Positions 1 through 11,190 of a DNA stretch of 64,000 nucleotides are shown piece by piece. The stretch comes from Blepharisma stoltei ATCC 30299 (taxonomy: Eukaryota; Protista; Ciliophora). The notes below the pieces were generated by a model. The model was given only the letters and a program-made list of their open reading frames with translations, searched no databases and was not told where the DNA came from. Positions within the stretch are counted from its first letter, which is position 1; every line of letters begins with the position of its first letter. Position numbers and translations under genes: made by a program. The stretch is from the NCBI GenBank assembly GCA_965603825.1, contig CBFDEM010000002.1:784677-848676 (forward strand), read 5' to 3'.

Positions 1-404
1 ACTATGAGATCTTGATAAGGAAAACAGAGCTCGAAAAATCCGGGCTAATTTAGCGGCACAGAGAGGCTATCCTTTCTCTCACCCAGATCGTCTTTTATTA
101 GGTGAGTTAAACTTGGGAGGCTCAGCAATACCTAGGACATCTCACTAGACCAATTAGACAGCTTCCTATTGTGATACCAGCATTTTGTCTTAGGCTTTGA
201 GTTTCTGATTTGGCCTCAAAATGAGAAGGAATTTAAATTTCTAAGTCACCCTGAATAGACGTTTTTTATGTTGACCTTTCTAATTCCAGATAATAAGAGA
301 AGATCTTTGTTAGAAGTAGCGACAAGTGCAGGACTGTGTGCAGAACTGGTTGAAAAGCGATCAGCGTTAATAGAAGCGTGGCCTACACTATAATTAATTA
401 ATGC
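1..404. mobile_element. Unidentified insertion or foreign sequence interrupting the ABCG gene (candidate retroelement or retained IES)
   Basis: No ABC homology and more GC-rich than intergenic DNA. The junction has TAATTAATTAA (391-401) and a TAATGC-TAATGC duplication (399-410). The far end lies outside the window. Confidence 0.35.
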
Positions 405-962
405 TAATGCATTTCCAATTAAATTGTCTGCTATTTTTGCTATGTTTAGATCGCTAAGAATCTCTTCTACTTTTGCTAATCTTTCTTTAGCATTTCCAGG
501 ACATCTCAAAGCTGCATAGAACATTAAGCAGTCCCTTGGGGTTAGAACTGGTAATAAAATATCATCTTGAGTCACATAAGCTGCATATTTACTTATGCTG
601 ATCTCTTTTGTGTCTTTTCCATTAGCTGTAATCGTCCCAGTTCTTTCTGTCTGGCCTGCACTTGTTACCCTATTTGCCAAAATATTCAAAAGCGAGGTCT
701 TCCCTGACCCAGATGAGCCCATAATCGCTAAAAACTCCCCAGGATTTGCATGCCCAGACACGCTTTTCAAAATCTGTATAGTTTTCCCTTTAGTAGACGC
801 ATAATAATTTATATTTTCCCATGATAGTTTCACATATCTGCCAATGTGATCTTCAGCTTTTAAAGGAGTTTTTAGGCTCTGCTCACTATTTTGACTATCA
901 GAATTCACATATTCTCTTGGAGTCTCTTCACTATCTCTTGAATAAATTTTATTATCAATCAT
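405..962 (-). CDS. ABCG (White-like) transporter, 5' part only; homology stops abruptly near 405
   Basis: ILKSVSGHANPGEFLAIMGSSGSGKTSLL (Walker A), AYVTQDD (Q-loop) and IADNLIGNAL are present. The SGG signature, Walker B and TM domain do not follow; the frame ends at TAG 132-134. Confidence 0.85.
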
Positions 963-1523
963 TATAATGCCATTTTGAATAGTGGCTGGTCCTTTTATAC
1001 ATGTGAGTACGTCATAAGAAATTTGTTTACGTCATAGAATATTTTTGTCATATCTTTGGGGAAATAATAATTGATATAACTCTTATATAAGTGCTAGGCA
1101 CTGGGGATCTTTAATTTATTGTGTTCTATGGGGTTGCTTATTACTAGCATTAAATTCTTATGGGTAAATAAGGTGTTTATAATGTTAAATTCCTATATAA
1201 GACTATGGGCTATACTAAGCGTGCCTTATATGGATTTTATGCTAGAAAAGACCTTTATAGTTATGTATTCATATATAGTGTTTTTGAAATTTTTAGTGCA
1301 CATCAATTAGATTTTGACACTTATAAAACAATCAATAATAAAAGCATAATAAATTTTAAATCTTATTCAGTCGCTTAATAAAGCCTTTTTAAGTATCTAT
1401 AGCCTCTTATGAAAGTTTTTAAAAAAAGATGATACGATTAAGCATCATCTTAAAAATGGATTTTCTTTTGTCTTAAAATTCGAGACTGTTCTATTAAAAT
1501 TTCAGTTTTTTAAATCATCCCAA

Positions 1524-2822
1524 ATGGCCCTCAGACCATTTCAAGCTTCTTATTACTCAAATTCCGGTTTCTTAAACCAGCCCAGAAACAACGCAAACCT
1601 CCCTCCTGCAGGCCTTATTATCTCAATCCCAGACGAAGGTGCCGAATCCTGCATAAAGCCCTCCCCTCCCCGTACCTCAACTCCCCCAAATATAAAAAAA
1701 TTCCGAATAAGCTTCAATGAAGAGCCTGGTGCTAAACAAATTCACTATGGAATTGCTGATGATCCTCTCCCTCCAACAAATTTCACATATGGCAAAAAAA
1801 CCCACAGCTCTGACCACGTCCATGACGTAATTAAGCCAAATACTCTCCAAGGCCTCACAGAATTTGCTAATAAATTAAAAGAAGACAAATATGCTTCAAG
1901 CAAAAGAGAACCGTTAGGAAAATCTATGCTGAGAAATTATCAAATGCCAAGCGCTGTAAATGACCCTAATTTTAAATTTGGGGTAAAAACAGTTAACAGT
2001 GAAAGTGCTTATTCAGTGATTTTTCCAAATAATGAGAAAAATACTGAAAATGATGAGGTGAGGAGGCTATATTATAAGTCTCATGGGGTAACTGAAGCGG
2101 GGGAGCAGATAAAAAGGGATTATAGATGGCCAGTTGATAAATATGAGCATAGATTTGGCCTTCCTGACCCTAAGCAGCTTAATGGGGCTGCAATTTCATT
2201 GCAGCCTGAATGCTATGGGAGTTCTCACCCGAAAACTGTCATTGTACAGAAAGCCGTAGAAGATTTTAGGGCAACCACACATGAAGGACTTGGAAGACCT
2301 CGAAACTTAGGCCAAGGAAAGCCGAATCTGCCTGAAGACCATGCTTTTGGGGCTTCAATTCATAGAAGAAATGAATGGACTGCTAAACAATGTATACATG
2401 GGCAGCCTAATGAAAGAGAAGTACAGCCTGATCCAGATTTAGGGAAAACTAATAGGTTTGGGTTTCGAAATATTGTAAAGGAAGGAGATGAAGACAGACA
2501 ATTTGGCGTCCCTACAATCAGGAATGATATACCTAAAAAAGCATTTAAATCAGTAGCAGACCCAAATAATTATGGAGACGAAGCTTCAGCTGTGCAGCTG
2601 CTTTACCCTGATTTTTGGCTTCGATATGGGATCTCTCCAGATGAATTCAAAAGAGAAAGGCCTAAAGAAGAAATCAAAGACTTATTCGAATCTGCTGGTC
2701 TAGAAATAAAACGTGGGAAATTTGAAGCAGTCTCTTCAAAAGCAATCCAATTTTATAAATCTCTGTCTTTAGAATCCTTTATACACGCTTTAAGGTGGTA
2801 TGAGTCTCAAGGACTATTTTAA
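1524..2822 (+). CDS. EFHB: EFHB/CFAP21-like ciliary microtubule inner protein
   Basis: Motifs QPDPDLGK, FGVPTIRNDIP and SVADPNNYGDE are typical of EFHB; ATG to TAA. Confidence 0.75.
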   Translation: MALRPFQASYYSNSGFLNQPRNNANLPPAGLIISIPDEGAESCIKPSPPRTSTPPNIKKFRISFNEEPGAKQIHYGIADDPLPPTNFTYGKKTHSSDHVHDVIKPNTLQGLTEFANKLKEDKYASSKREPLGKSMLRNYQMPSAVNDPNFKFGVKTVNSESAYSVIFPNNEKNTENDEVRRLYYKSHGVTEAGEQIKRDYRWPVDKYEHRFGLPDPKQLNGAAISLQPECYGSSHPKTVIVQKAVEDFRATTHEGLGRPRNLGQGKPNLPEDHAFGASIHRRNEWTAKQCIHGQPNEREVQPDPDLGKTNRFGFRNIVKEGDEDRQFGVPTIRNDIPKKAFKSVADPNNYGDEASAVQLLYPDFWLRYGISPDEFKRERPKEEIKDLFESAGLEIKRGKFEAVSSKAIQFYKSLSLESFIHALRWYESQGLF

Positions 2823-2846
2823 CTATTATAAGTTTCTATTATAAAA

Positions 2847-3548
2847 ATGTCATATGATACTGCTATCACTATATTTTCGCCCGATGGACATCTATTTCAA
2901 GTAGAATACGCAATGGAAGCAGTCCGCAAAGGCCGCTGTGCAGTTGGTGTTCAAGGGGTAGACTGCATAGTCCTCGCAGTTGAAAGAAAAGCTGCAGCAA
3001 AACTTCAAGACACCAGGACAGTCAAAAAAATCCACATTCTTGATGAAGGAATTGCATTAGCGTTCGCAGGACTTACAGCAGACGCCAGAGTCCTATGTGA
3101 CAAAGCCAGGGTAGAATGCCAAAGTTTCAGACTTACAATGGAAGACCCACCCTCAGCGGAATATATTGCAAGACATATAGCAAGGACACAACAAGAATAC
3201 ACCCAAAAAGGAGGAGTCAGGCCTTATGGAGTTTCCACTTTAGTCGTAGGATTTGGAAGGGCTGGAGAGCCTAAACTATTTATGACTGAGCCATCTGGAA
3301 GCTTTAGTGCTTGGAAAGCTCAAGCGATTGGGAAAAATTCGAAAAATGTGGTGGAATTTTTAGAGAAAAATTACCAGGAAAATTTGTCAATGGATTTAAC
3401 GTTAAAATTAGCTATTAAAGGACTACTGGAGGTGGTAGAAAGCGGAAGCAGGAATATTGAGGTAGCAGTAATGCAAAGGGCAGGGCTACAGATGTTGGAG
3501 GACGAAGTGGTGCAGAAATTGATATCAGAAATTGAAGCTGAAGCTTAA
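2847..3548 (+). CDS. PSMA7: 20S proteasome subunit alpha-4 (alpha type-7)
   Basis: [46 protein letters not shown]. Confidence 0.95.
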   Translation: MSYDTAITIFSPDGHLFQVEYAMEAVRKGRCAVGVQGVDCIVLAVERKAAAKLQDTRTVKKIHILDEGIALAFAGLTADARVLCDKARVECQSFRLTMEDPPSAEYIARHIARTQQEYTQKGGVRPYGVSTLVVGFGRAGEPKLFMTEPSGSFSAWKAQAIGKNSKNVVEFLEKNYQENLSMDLTLKLAIKGLLEVVESGSRNIEVAVMQRAGLQMLEDEVVQKLISEIEAEA

Positions 3549-3574
3549 TAAGTTAGGATTATTCGAAAATTTTA

Positions 3575-4606
3575 TTACAAGAATTTAGAATTCATGTAGT
3601 TGCTGATTATTTCATTTTGGAATTTTTTAGGGAGGATATCGCCTTTGTACTTCCAGACTCGCTTGCTGCGGAGTTTGCAGCCGACAAAATAAGAAGTATC
3701 TCATCGGTCCTTTTTTAGTTTTTCTAGTGATTTTGTATCATATAAATTTTTCATAGCTTCTTTTCTCATAGCTTTTTCTCTATTTATATGCTCACTTATA
3801 GGCAGCTGTTCTAGCTCATTTTCTAATGAAGACTCTTCATATTTATTTATCGCCTTCACAAGTATTTTTACCTCTTCATTCGGTTTTAGTCCTTTTGATG
3901 ACGATTTTGGGACTTTTGGAGTCTCAAAATGATTAAATTCTAAGCAAGAAGAAATAATTTCATTTATATGGACAAGCTGAGGAGATGAACAATTTGTGTT
4001 AGGATTCGAAGCATTTGCTGCTGTTATATGTTTTGGGGATGACTTGCTTTCAGATATCATAAAATACCTTTGCTTTAGGTGTGAAGATGACCGATATTTA
4101 TTCGGAGATTCTCGAGACCTAACTGGACTTATTGATCGTGAATCTGGTCAAGGCGACAACCCACCTGGCTGATGTGGGCTACATGTTAGTACAGAATCAT
4201 TCATGTTCCTTATTTCATTTCTATTCGCAATCGTAGATTGCGACCTATCAGTCAGCCCTCTATAAACTTTTTTTAAATATCTCGGCGATTTTAAATATTT
4301 ACTCTGCGTAACAAACTCTTTTCAAATTTTTTCTCTTTTCTGCGACTGCGATTTTACTGTTTTTGACCGAATTTTAAATTTCTCCTTCGGAGAAATTTCT
4401 TTTAACGAACAATGTAATTTTGCTATTAAATCTTCTCGTTCTTTGTCAAAGCTTTTTTGCATAAGATTCATTTCTTCGACAGCGCGATCGTAATTTCTAG
4501 GTGGGCAATGCAGCTTTCGTTGGCTGGCTCCTCTTAGTTCTAGTCTTTTTCTTAAACTGTTCATAATCTTTTCATGTGATTTTTCGTTTATCACTGGCAG
4601 ATCCAT
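3575..4606 (-). CDS. Hypothetical protein (~343 aa), joined through UGA=Trp
   Basis: ORF-track pieces 4322-4606 and 3701-4060 are in one frame, separated only by TGA; first TAA at 3575-3577. The start codon is uncertain. Confidence 0.7.
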
Positions 4607-4610
4607 AATA

Positions 4611-4964
4611 TTAATTATCTTTTGATATTATATAAACTCCAATTATCATCAGCAAAGCTCCTAAACCCCATGTAAGAGACAGGTATTCTGAGTAGACCAG
4701 GTAGCCGAAAACAGCAGAACTCATATAATTGCAGGTAAAATTGATGACAGTCGCTTTTGAAGCGCCAAGGTCTTTTAAGCTCTGCATGAAAAATTTGATC
4801 ATCAAAGAGTTTAATACCAGCATAATGATTATGCAAGCTATTTTTAAGGACAATTCTTCATAGTATAAAAACTCGCCCCAGTAAAATGACTGAAACCCAA
4901 ATTTCCCAAACGCTCCAGCTGTGGCTGCAAACACTCCTGCTAAGATGCTTGAAGTAATTTTCAT
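4611..4964 (-). CDS. TMEM42-like small DMT/EamA-fold membrane protein
   Basis: 117 aa with four hydrophobic helices; AGVFAATAGAFGK and C-terminal FGYLVYSEYLSLTWGLGALLMIIG. Confidence 0.7.
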   Translation of the reverse strand: MKITSSILAGVFAATAGAFGKFGFQSFYWGEFLYYEELSLKIACIIIMLVLNSLMIKFFMQSLKDLGASKATVINFTCNYMSSAVFGYLVYSEYLSLTWGLGALLMIIGVYIISKDN

Positions 4965-5066
4965 TTATAGCATAGATAAATTGTCATGAAAATATTTTTT
5001 CTATATAATAAAAAATCTGGTGTTGTAAATAATTTAATATTAGATATAGATATTCCAATGCGAAAA

Positions 5067-5882
5067 TTAAAAGCTGTCACTATCGTTTTCTTCTTCTGCT
5101 TCATATGCTTCTTCTTCGTTTTCTTCTTCGCTTTCTTCTTCGCTTTCTTCTTCATTTTCTTCTTCCTCTTCACTGCTTGAGTACGCAACCATTGTTTTTC
5201 TGCCTTTAAACCACACTTCTTTCATTTTCTTTTCCTTTTTCACCCCTTCTATTTTCGGTATTTCAATTTCCTCAATTTTTCCATTAACTTTTGGCTTAGG
5301 GACATCTTCATCAGGTATTACTTTTATATCATCAAAATTTGGTATTGGCACTCCTGGTGCGACTTCTTTTCATTCTTCTTCCTCTTCATTTCCTTTAGCT
5401 TGAAACAAAAAATTCCCATCCCCAAGCGACACTTGGAAATGCATGACCCCTTCATCTAAATTTTCTTCATTAAAATCCATATCAGGCAAAAACTCTTTAA
5501 CTCTAGTCCTTATTTTAGTAAAAGTGTCTTTTAATGAGTGCTTTAGAATGCAAAATCCACTAGGTGTTATCTCTTCTCCTGTAATTGAAATTGATTTTTG
5601 GACTGTAAAATCGACATTTGAAGTGTCAAGATAATTCTTATTTTCACGATTTGTAGATAATAATTCTGTTGCTGTCATTTCTTCAATGGTAGATTTAATT
5701 AAATTTTGGGGAATTTTGATTTCTGCTTTTGCGGGAACTAATTTATTTTGACGTGAACAGTGAATGTGGGTTCATCTCTTGCGGAGTTCGTCTTGAGACT
5801 TTCCAAGCTCTCTAGCGATTTTTTGGAAGTCAAATTTATATTTTATAACTAAATCTGATAGCCTTTTGTCTAGCGCCTCCAT
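5067..5882 (-). CDS. Myb/SANT-like N-terminal domain protein with acidic C-terminal tail (~271 aa)
   Basis: ATG at 5882. KYKFDFQKIARELGKSQDELRKR[TGA=W]THIH matches Myb helices 2-3. In frame with pieces 5370-5678 and 5067-5351. Confidence 0.7.
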
Positions 5883-5896
5883 GAATTAATTTATAA

Positions 5897-7654
5897 TTAT
5901 TTTTTAGGCTTTACCACAGTTTTTTTACGAGATTTTTTGTGGTTTTTAGATCTTTTAGGAGGGTCATAAAAAATTTCAGCTGATAAATCTACAGAAAACT
6001 CAACACCTTCGGTTGGCTGAGTTGCTGCGATTTCGTTTTCTGTTGTTTCTTCTTTGTCTTCTTCAAAATCATTTACAGGTTTAGCAAGATTATTAATTGG
6101 GTCTTTTTTAAGCCTGGTATCACCTTTCCCAAGAATTTTTTTTTCTGCTGAAATTATTCTTTCCCATTGAAGTCTAGATTTTTCAGCTTTTTCAACTAAA
6201 CTTTTCATAGTGGCTTTATCAGTATAAAGCTTCAGTATAGGTTTGGGAGGAAGCTTATCTTGTAAATAAATTTTTTTGCCTGTAATTCATTCTTCCATAT
6301 CCCTTTCAATTACACTCGATAAAAATTCTTTAGTTATTTTATCGACTTTTTGGTGATAGCTTTTGGACTCCGAAGCATACATAATTAAATGATTTCTTAA
6401 AAATTCCTTTATAAAATGATTCCTTACTAAAGGAGGCACCCATGACCTTGTCCCTCCATGAACTTGTATATATTTCGTATGCAGTTCTTTTTCAATTCTT
6501 TGCCACAATTTTTTAAGTGCTTTTAATTTTGCTTTTCTTATTATATAGGCATCTTTTCATATTTTTTGTACTAATTTTATTTTTCCTCTCCAATAAAATA
6601 TTAAGCTGAAAATTTTTTTACTAAACATCATCCTATCAATAATTTCACAGACCATTTTGGCTTCTCTATGGCCTTTGTTCTGGGTGCGATTTCTTATATA
6701 AGGAACAAGCAATCTCTTTATGGTTTCCATTGCTTTTTGTATTTTTTGGGTTTTCATGCGTCTAGAGATTCTTCCTATAGACTTAGAGACGGTTCGAAAT
6801 AAAGAGTTTAGCCTTGTTTTATTTTTTTGTGTTTTTATTTTTTTTGAAAATCTGCACTGCAGAGATGTACAAATCCCTATTGATACTGCAATAACAAGCC
6901 AAGCCTTCCCTATTATATCATAGTCTTTTTTATACTTAAATTGCTCAAATCTTTTTTGTTTTTCTAAATATTTATTCTTAATTTCTTCATGTTTTTTCTC
7001 ATCTAAAAATTTTTTGACTTTTCGTATCTGATATTCCCTTTCTTTTTTTTCTTTAAATTTATCTGATAAAAGATTTTTGAATTCTTCTGGGGTGAATTTT
7101 GAGAGGTTTTTGTTTTTTTTGATTAATTTGTTTATTTGGACTCTTCTAGACTCACTAAGATAGAGAGATTTTGGGTACAAGACGTCGGCTCTTTCTTCGT
7201 CAGTAGAAGTAAATCTTGGTGTAGGGGAAAATCTGAAAGATGGGCCAGATGTTGGAGTATTTGAAACATAGCTTCCTGGTCCCAATTTTTTTTCATGGCA
7301 TAATCCTTCGCTGAGGACTCTTAATTTTTGATTATTGTTCCCAACAGCTGGATTTTTAAGTTGAGCTTTCAGATTGTGCCATTCTGGGGTTTTTGTGCTT
7401 AGATAGTTAATAACGCTGTCAAGATCTTTAAAGGTTTTTGGCTTGAAGTCTTTGGAGTTATTTTTTCGTGTATGCTTTTCTTTCCTTCTTAGAAGACTCA
7501 TTTGGCGATGATGGAATAATGTAGGAGTTCTTGATTTCGGCCTAGCTATTTCAGGAGTATCTAGCCCAGTTTCGCTATCTCCAAAGCTTGTGTATATTTT
7601 TTCATCAAAGCTATAATCAATTCGGCTTAAATTGAATTTTCTATCTTCAAGCAT
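5897..7654 (-). CDS. Hypothetical basic protein (~585 aa) with one PGPGSY-like motif, joined through two TGAs
   Basis: Pieces 6557-7654, 6287-6508 and 5897-6208 are one frame with only TGA between them; LGPGSY motif. Confidence 0.7.
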
Positions 7655-7786
7655 TTTTCATAATTAAATATTCATTTTTCTTATTATATTTCCAATACAA
7701 AAATTTACCATCTCTAGAAAATTACAGTAAACTTAATTCTTAATTCTCAATACTCCAAAATGTTATCCAATCCAATAACATAAATA

Positions 7787-9148
7787 ATGGCAGTCTCAAG
7801 AGACAGGTTGATGGCTTATTCAATAGTCTTTAACGTCCATCCCGAAGCATATTCCAGTCTTTCTATCTATATGAAGCCAAATGTCCATCAAATAGAAGCT
7901 GCAGGCTCCATAGGCCGTGGACAATCTGATATCTACACCTCATTTATGGTAAGCAATCTTGACGAGCAGCGCAGAAGAATTGCAGAAGACCCAATTCCAA
8001 TATATCGCACCTTATTTTCTCTATTAGACTGTACAAGTGACGATGAAATTTTTGCACAAAGTCTTTTGGCGACAATTGATGGAATCATCCAAGATGACAG
8101 TCGACAAGTTTTAAGCCTAATTCAGCTGGCGACAGGCAGGGAGACCTTTAATGTTATCAATTTATTGGTGAGATTTGCAAGTACTTATAAAACAATTCCT
8201 ATTATTGTAGGGGCTGCTAGTCATATTCTTTCCACAATACTAGGAGAACTTATATTAAGAAATCGTGAAAACCCTGGAGACTATGTAACTCAAGCTTCAA
8301 GACTGGTGGATTCTTTAATAAACCAAGGCATGGAAAGCACTTTACCTTTAGAAGAAGCCACTTATTGTTTTTTACCTCTTTTTAAGATTGATGCAGTTAG
8401 AAGAGAATTTTTAAGGACAGGCGGCTTAAGGACTATTCTTGTTCCTTTGCTTGACCAAAAATCAGGGATCCATCAGCCTATTTATGCAGCGATTTGTTGC
8501 TTATGGATGATCTCTTTTGATGAAGACTCTTATGAGTTTTTTATAAGAAGTGACTATAATTTAATTGGAAAAATCATAAAAGAGCTTAGAAGAACAGATA
8601 AAGAAAAAGTCATCAGAGTTGCCTTAGGCATTTTAAAAAATTTATCAGCTGGTGAAGGGACTGTAGAAATTATGATTGAAAATAAGCTAGTCGAAATAAT
8701 AGATAATTTATCAAAAAGAATATTAAAAGATCCAGATGTTACAGAATTAGTCAAGGATCTTGGAGACATTTTAGTCAGCAATGTAAAGCTATTTTCATCG
8801 TTTGATAAATGGCTTAAAGAAGTAGAAAGAGGAGACTTAGTGCCTGGAGTAACCCACACTGAAGCTTTTTGGAAGGAAAATGCAAAACATTTGGAAAATG
8901 ACAGTTTTGGGCCGGTGAAAAAACTTGTCCAGCTGCTGAATTCAGAAAGTGTACAGACTGTAGCTTTGGCACTTGCAGATATTGGAGAGTTTGCGAGATT
9001 CCATCCATATGGAAAAACAGTTGCTAGCAAGTTAGGAGCAAAAATCAAGGCGATGGAGCTGATGCAAAATCCTAATAAAGATGTGAATGGAGCAGCTTTG
9101 CTTTGTATCCAGAAAATTATGATACAGAATTGGCAAAGCATTTCGTAA
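7787..9148 (+). CDS. ATP6V1H: V-type ATPase subunit H
   Basis: CCLWMISF, KEKVIRVAL, HTEAFWKENA, DIGEFARFHPYGK, ALLCIQKIM. Confidence 0.93.
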   Translation: MAVSRDRLMAYSIVFNVHPEAYSSLSIYMKPNVHQIEAAGSIGRGQSDIYTSFMVSNLDEQRRRIAEDPIPIYRTLFSLLDCTSDDEIFAQSLLATIDGIIQDDSRQVLSLIQLATGRETFNVINLLVRFASTYKTIPIIVGAASHILSTILGELILRNRENPGDYVTQASRLVDSLINQGMESTLPLEEATYCFLPLFKIDAVRREFLRTGGLRTILVPLLDQKSGIHQPIYAAICCLWMISFDEDSYEFFIRSDYNLIGKIIKELRRTDKEKVIRVALGILKNLSAGEGTVEIMIENKLVEIIDNLSKRILKDPDVTELVKDLGDILVSNVKLFSSFDKWLKEVERGDLVPGVTHTEAFWKENAKHLENDSFGPVKKLVQLLNSESVQTVALALADIGEFARFHPYGKTVASKLGAKIKAMELMQNPNKDVNGAALLCIQKIMIQNWQSIS

Positions 9149-9536
9149 AAAAATAGATTAATAGACTTTAATTAAATAGAGAAATTGTTATCATTACTCT
9201 GTCCATTAGATAATATTTTGAAATAAAATTTAAGACTTTTTAATAAAATTTTTATAAAATTTATTTCATCATTTACTCAAATTTCTTTTAATTAAAACTG
9301 TTTAATGATTTATTTTACAAATAAATACTTATGGGGTGGCATTGCTTTGGCTTCAAAGCATTCAGTATCTCTAATCTCCTTCTCTATAAAAATGACGAAT
9401 AATTGAATTTTAATTGCTTATAAATTTAATAAATTTATTATAAACCGGATTTGGGTCTCTGATGAAAAATTTACATTTATAAGCCTAATAATACAGATAA
9501 ATAAGGCTAGCTAAATCTAGTTAAAGGTATATAAAG

Positions 9537-10934
9537 TTATGTAGCATTAGAATCAAGTGTTGCAGTTGTATCACGCATTACTTTGCTAAGAGCCCGTTTA
9601 AACGATAGTCTCTCTCTATAATTAAAGTTCAGCATATCATACAAAAGTTCTCTCAGTCAAGGCAATCTCACATTGCTCAGTACTTTTTCTCTATTTATAG
9701 GATTTTCGTTAAACCTAGAAATGTCATCAAATGTTTCGCATTGATAAAGTACTAGCCCAAGTGAAAAAACGTCAGCTCGCTCAGGCCTATACTTGGCTTT
9801 CCCTTCTCCGTTTATATAAGCCTTCCTTAGTTCTGGAGCCATATAGCCTACAGTTCCTATCACATCATGCACTCCAGTTGCCGAATAAGTCCTTTCAATA
9901 GTTTCCCTGATTCCTGACACGTTAAAATCTGCAATTTTTCACTGTCCGTCCTTTGTAATTAAAATATTATCAGGCTTTATATCTTGATGGTAAATTTTAT
10001 GGTTCACCAAGCTTTGAAAAGCCTCTAATAAGTCAAGAGCAATAGAACCTAATTCCTCTGGAGTAAATTTCGTATTTTGATCCTTTCTTGATTTTATTAG
10101 GTCAGAAAGACTGTGCTGGCAATATTCCATGACAATATTTGAGCAGTATTTTATAACGTTGTTTTCTATTACCTCGTCACAAAAACATCCATAAAAATCT
10201 AGGAAAAATCGACTTGTTCCTGAGAGTTTATGTAAAATGCCTACTTCTTTTTGAAATTTTTTTAAACTTTTATACCCACCTTGCTCTTTATAAGTTTTTA
10301 TGACTGCAGCAATTTGTTTTCCTTTCCACATGATTTTGCATTGATTAACATTAAGCTCACTTCTCACAAAAATAGGAGGACCCATGATGATTTGGCTTCT
10401 TTGAGTTATATAAACAGGCTGGTTTGGAACTGGCTCAGTAGGAACTGGGAAAAGTTCATTTAATTTTTTTAATTTTTCTTGAGTCTTTTCTTCAGCTATC
10501 TCCAATTGGTTAATAATTTTCAGAATTTCTCTGCTTGTATCAGGGTCTTGAACAACCGTTTCTCCTTTGAATGCTTTAATTTTTTTGACATCATTTACGT
10601 CTTCAATCCATCTCAAAGCATATTCGATTATAACATTTTTGATTTCTCCAACTGGAATCTCTAGCTTCTGCAATTCCAATAAGTTTTGCAAATTAAGCAA
10701 AATTTGGTCTTTTTGATCACTGATGCTATTTTTATATAATCCTGGCCTGACCTTAATTGAAATTAAACTTATTAGTTCATCTATGTTGATTCTGTATTTA
10801 TAATGATAATCTTTTGCTTGTTTGGCCAATTGTATTCACTCTTCAAAGGTTTCTGCATTGTTAATGGCTTTACTAATTTTTGAGATTTCTCGTTCATACG
10901 TTTGTGATGATTGTTCAGCTAAATAAGAATCCAT
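9537..10934 (-). CDS. Atypical protein kinase, tandem copy 1 (shorter N-terminus)
   Basis: ATG 10934 to TAA 9537 with in-frame TGAs; HQDIKPDN, ADFN, GTVGYMAPE, DVFSLG. Confidence 0.88.
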
Positions 10935-11190
10935 TATAGAACTATCATATATATGAATTACAATATAAATAAAGAAGTTGATTTTTATTAGCACCTATTA
11001 TTATACTCATTTGATTCATAGAAACCAGAGAAGATAGATATAAAATATTTATTGCTTTCCTCAACTCGAAAAATTTGTAGAAACAAATGAATTATAAATG
11101 CTAAGCTAAAGCCGATTAATAAAATCTCATAAAATTATATAGAAGGTGACAAATTTTTAAGGCATATTTAAAGAAAAGAATTAAATCAAG

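Noticed and set aside
8554-9141. Antisense and nested ORFs from the track (also 595-804, 36630-37058, 38412-38983, 54985-55494 and others)
   Set aside because: They are shadows of well-supported genes on the opposite strand or another frame and have no motifs of their own.
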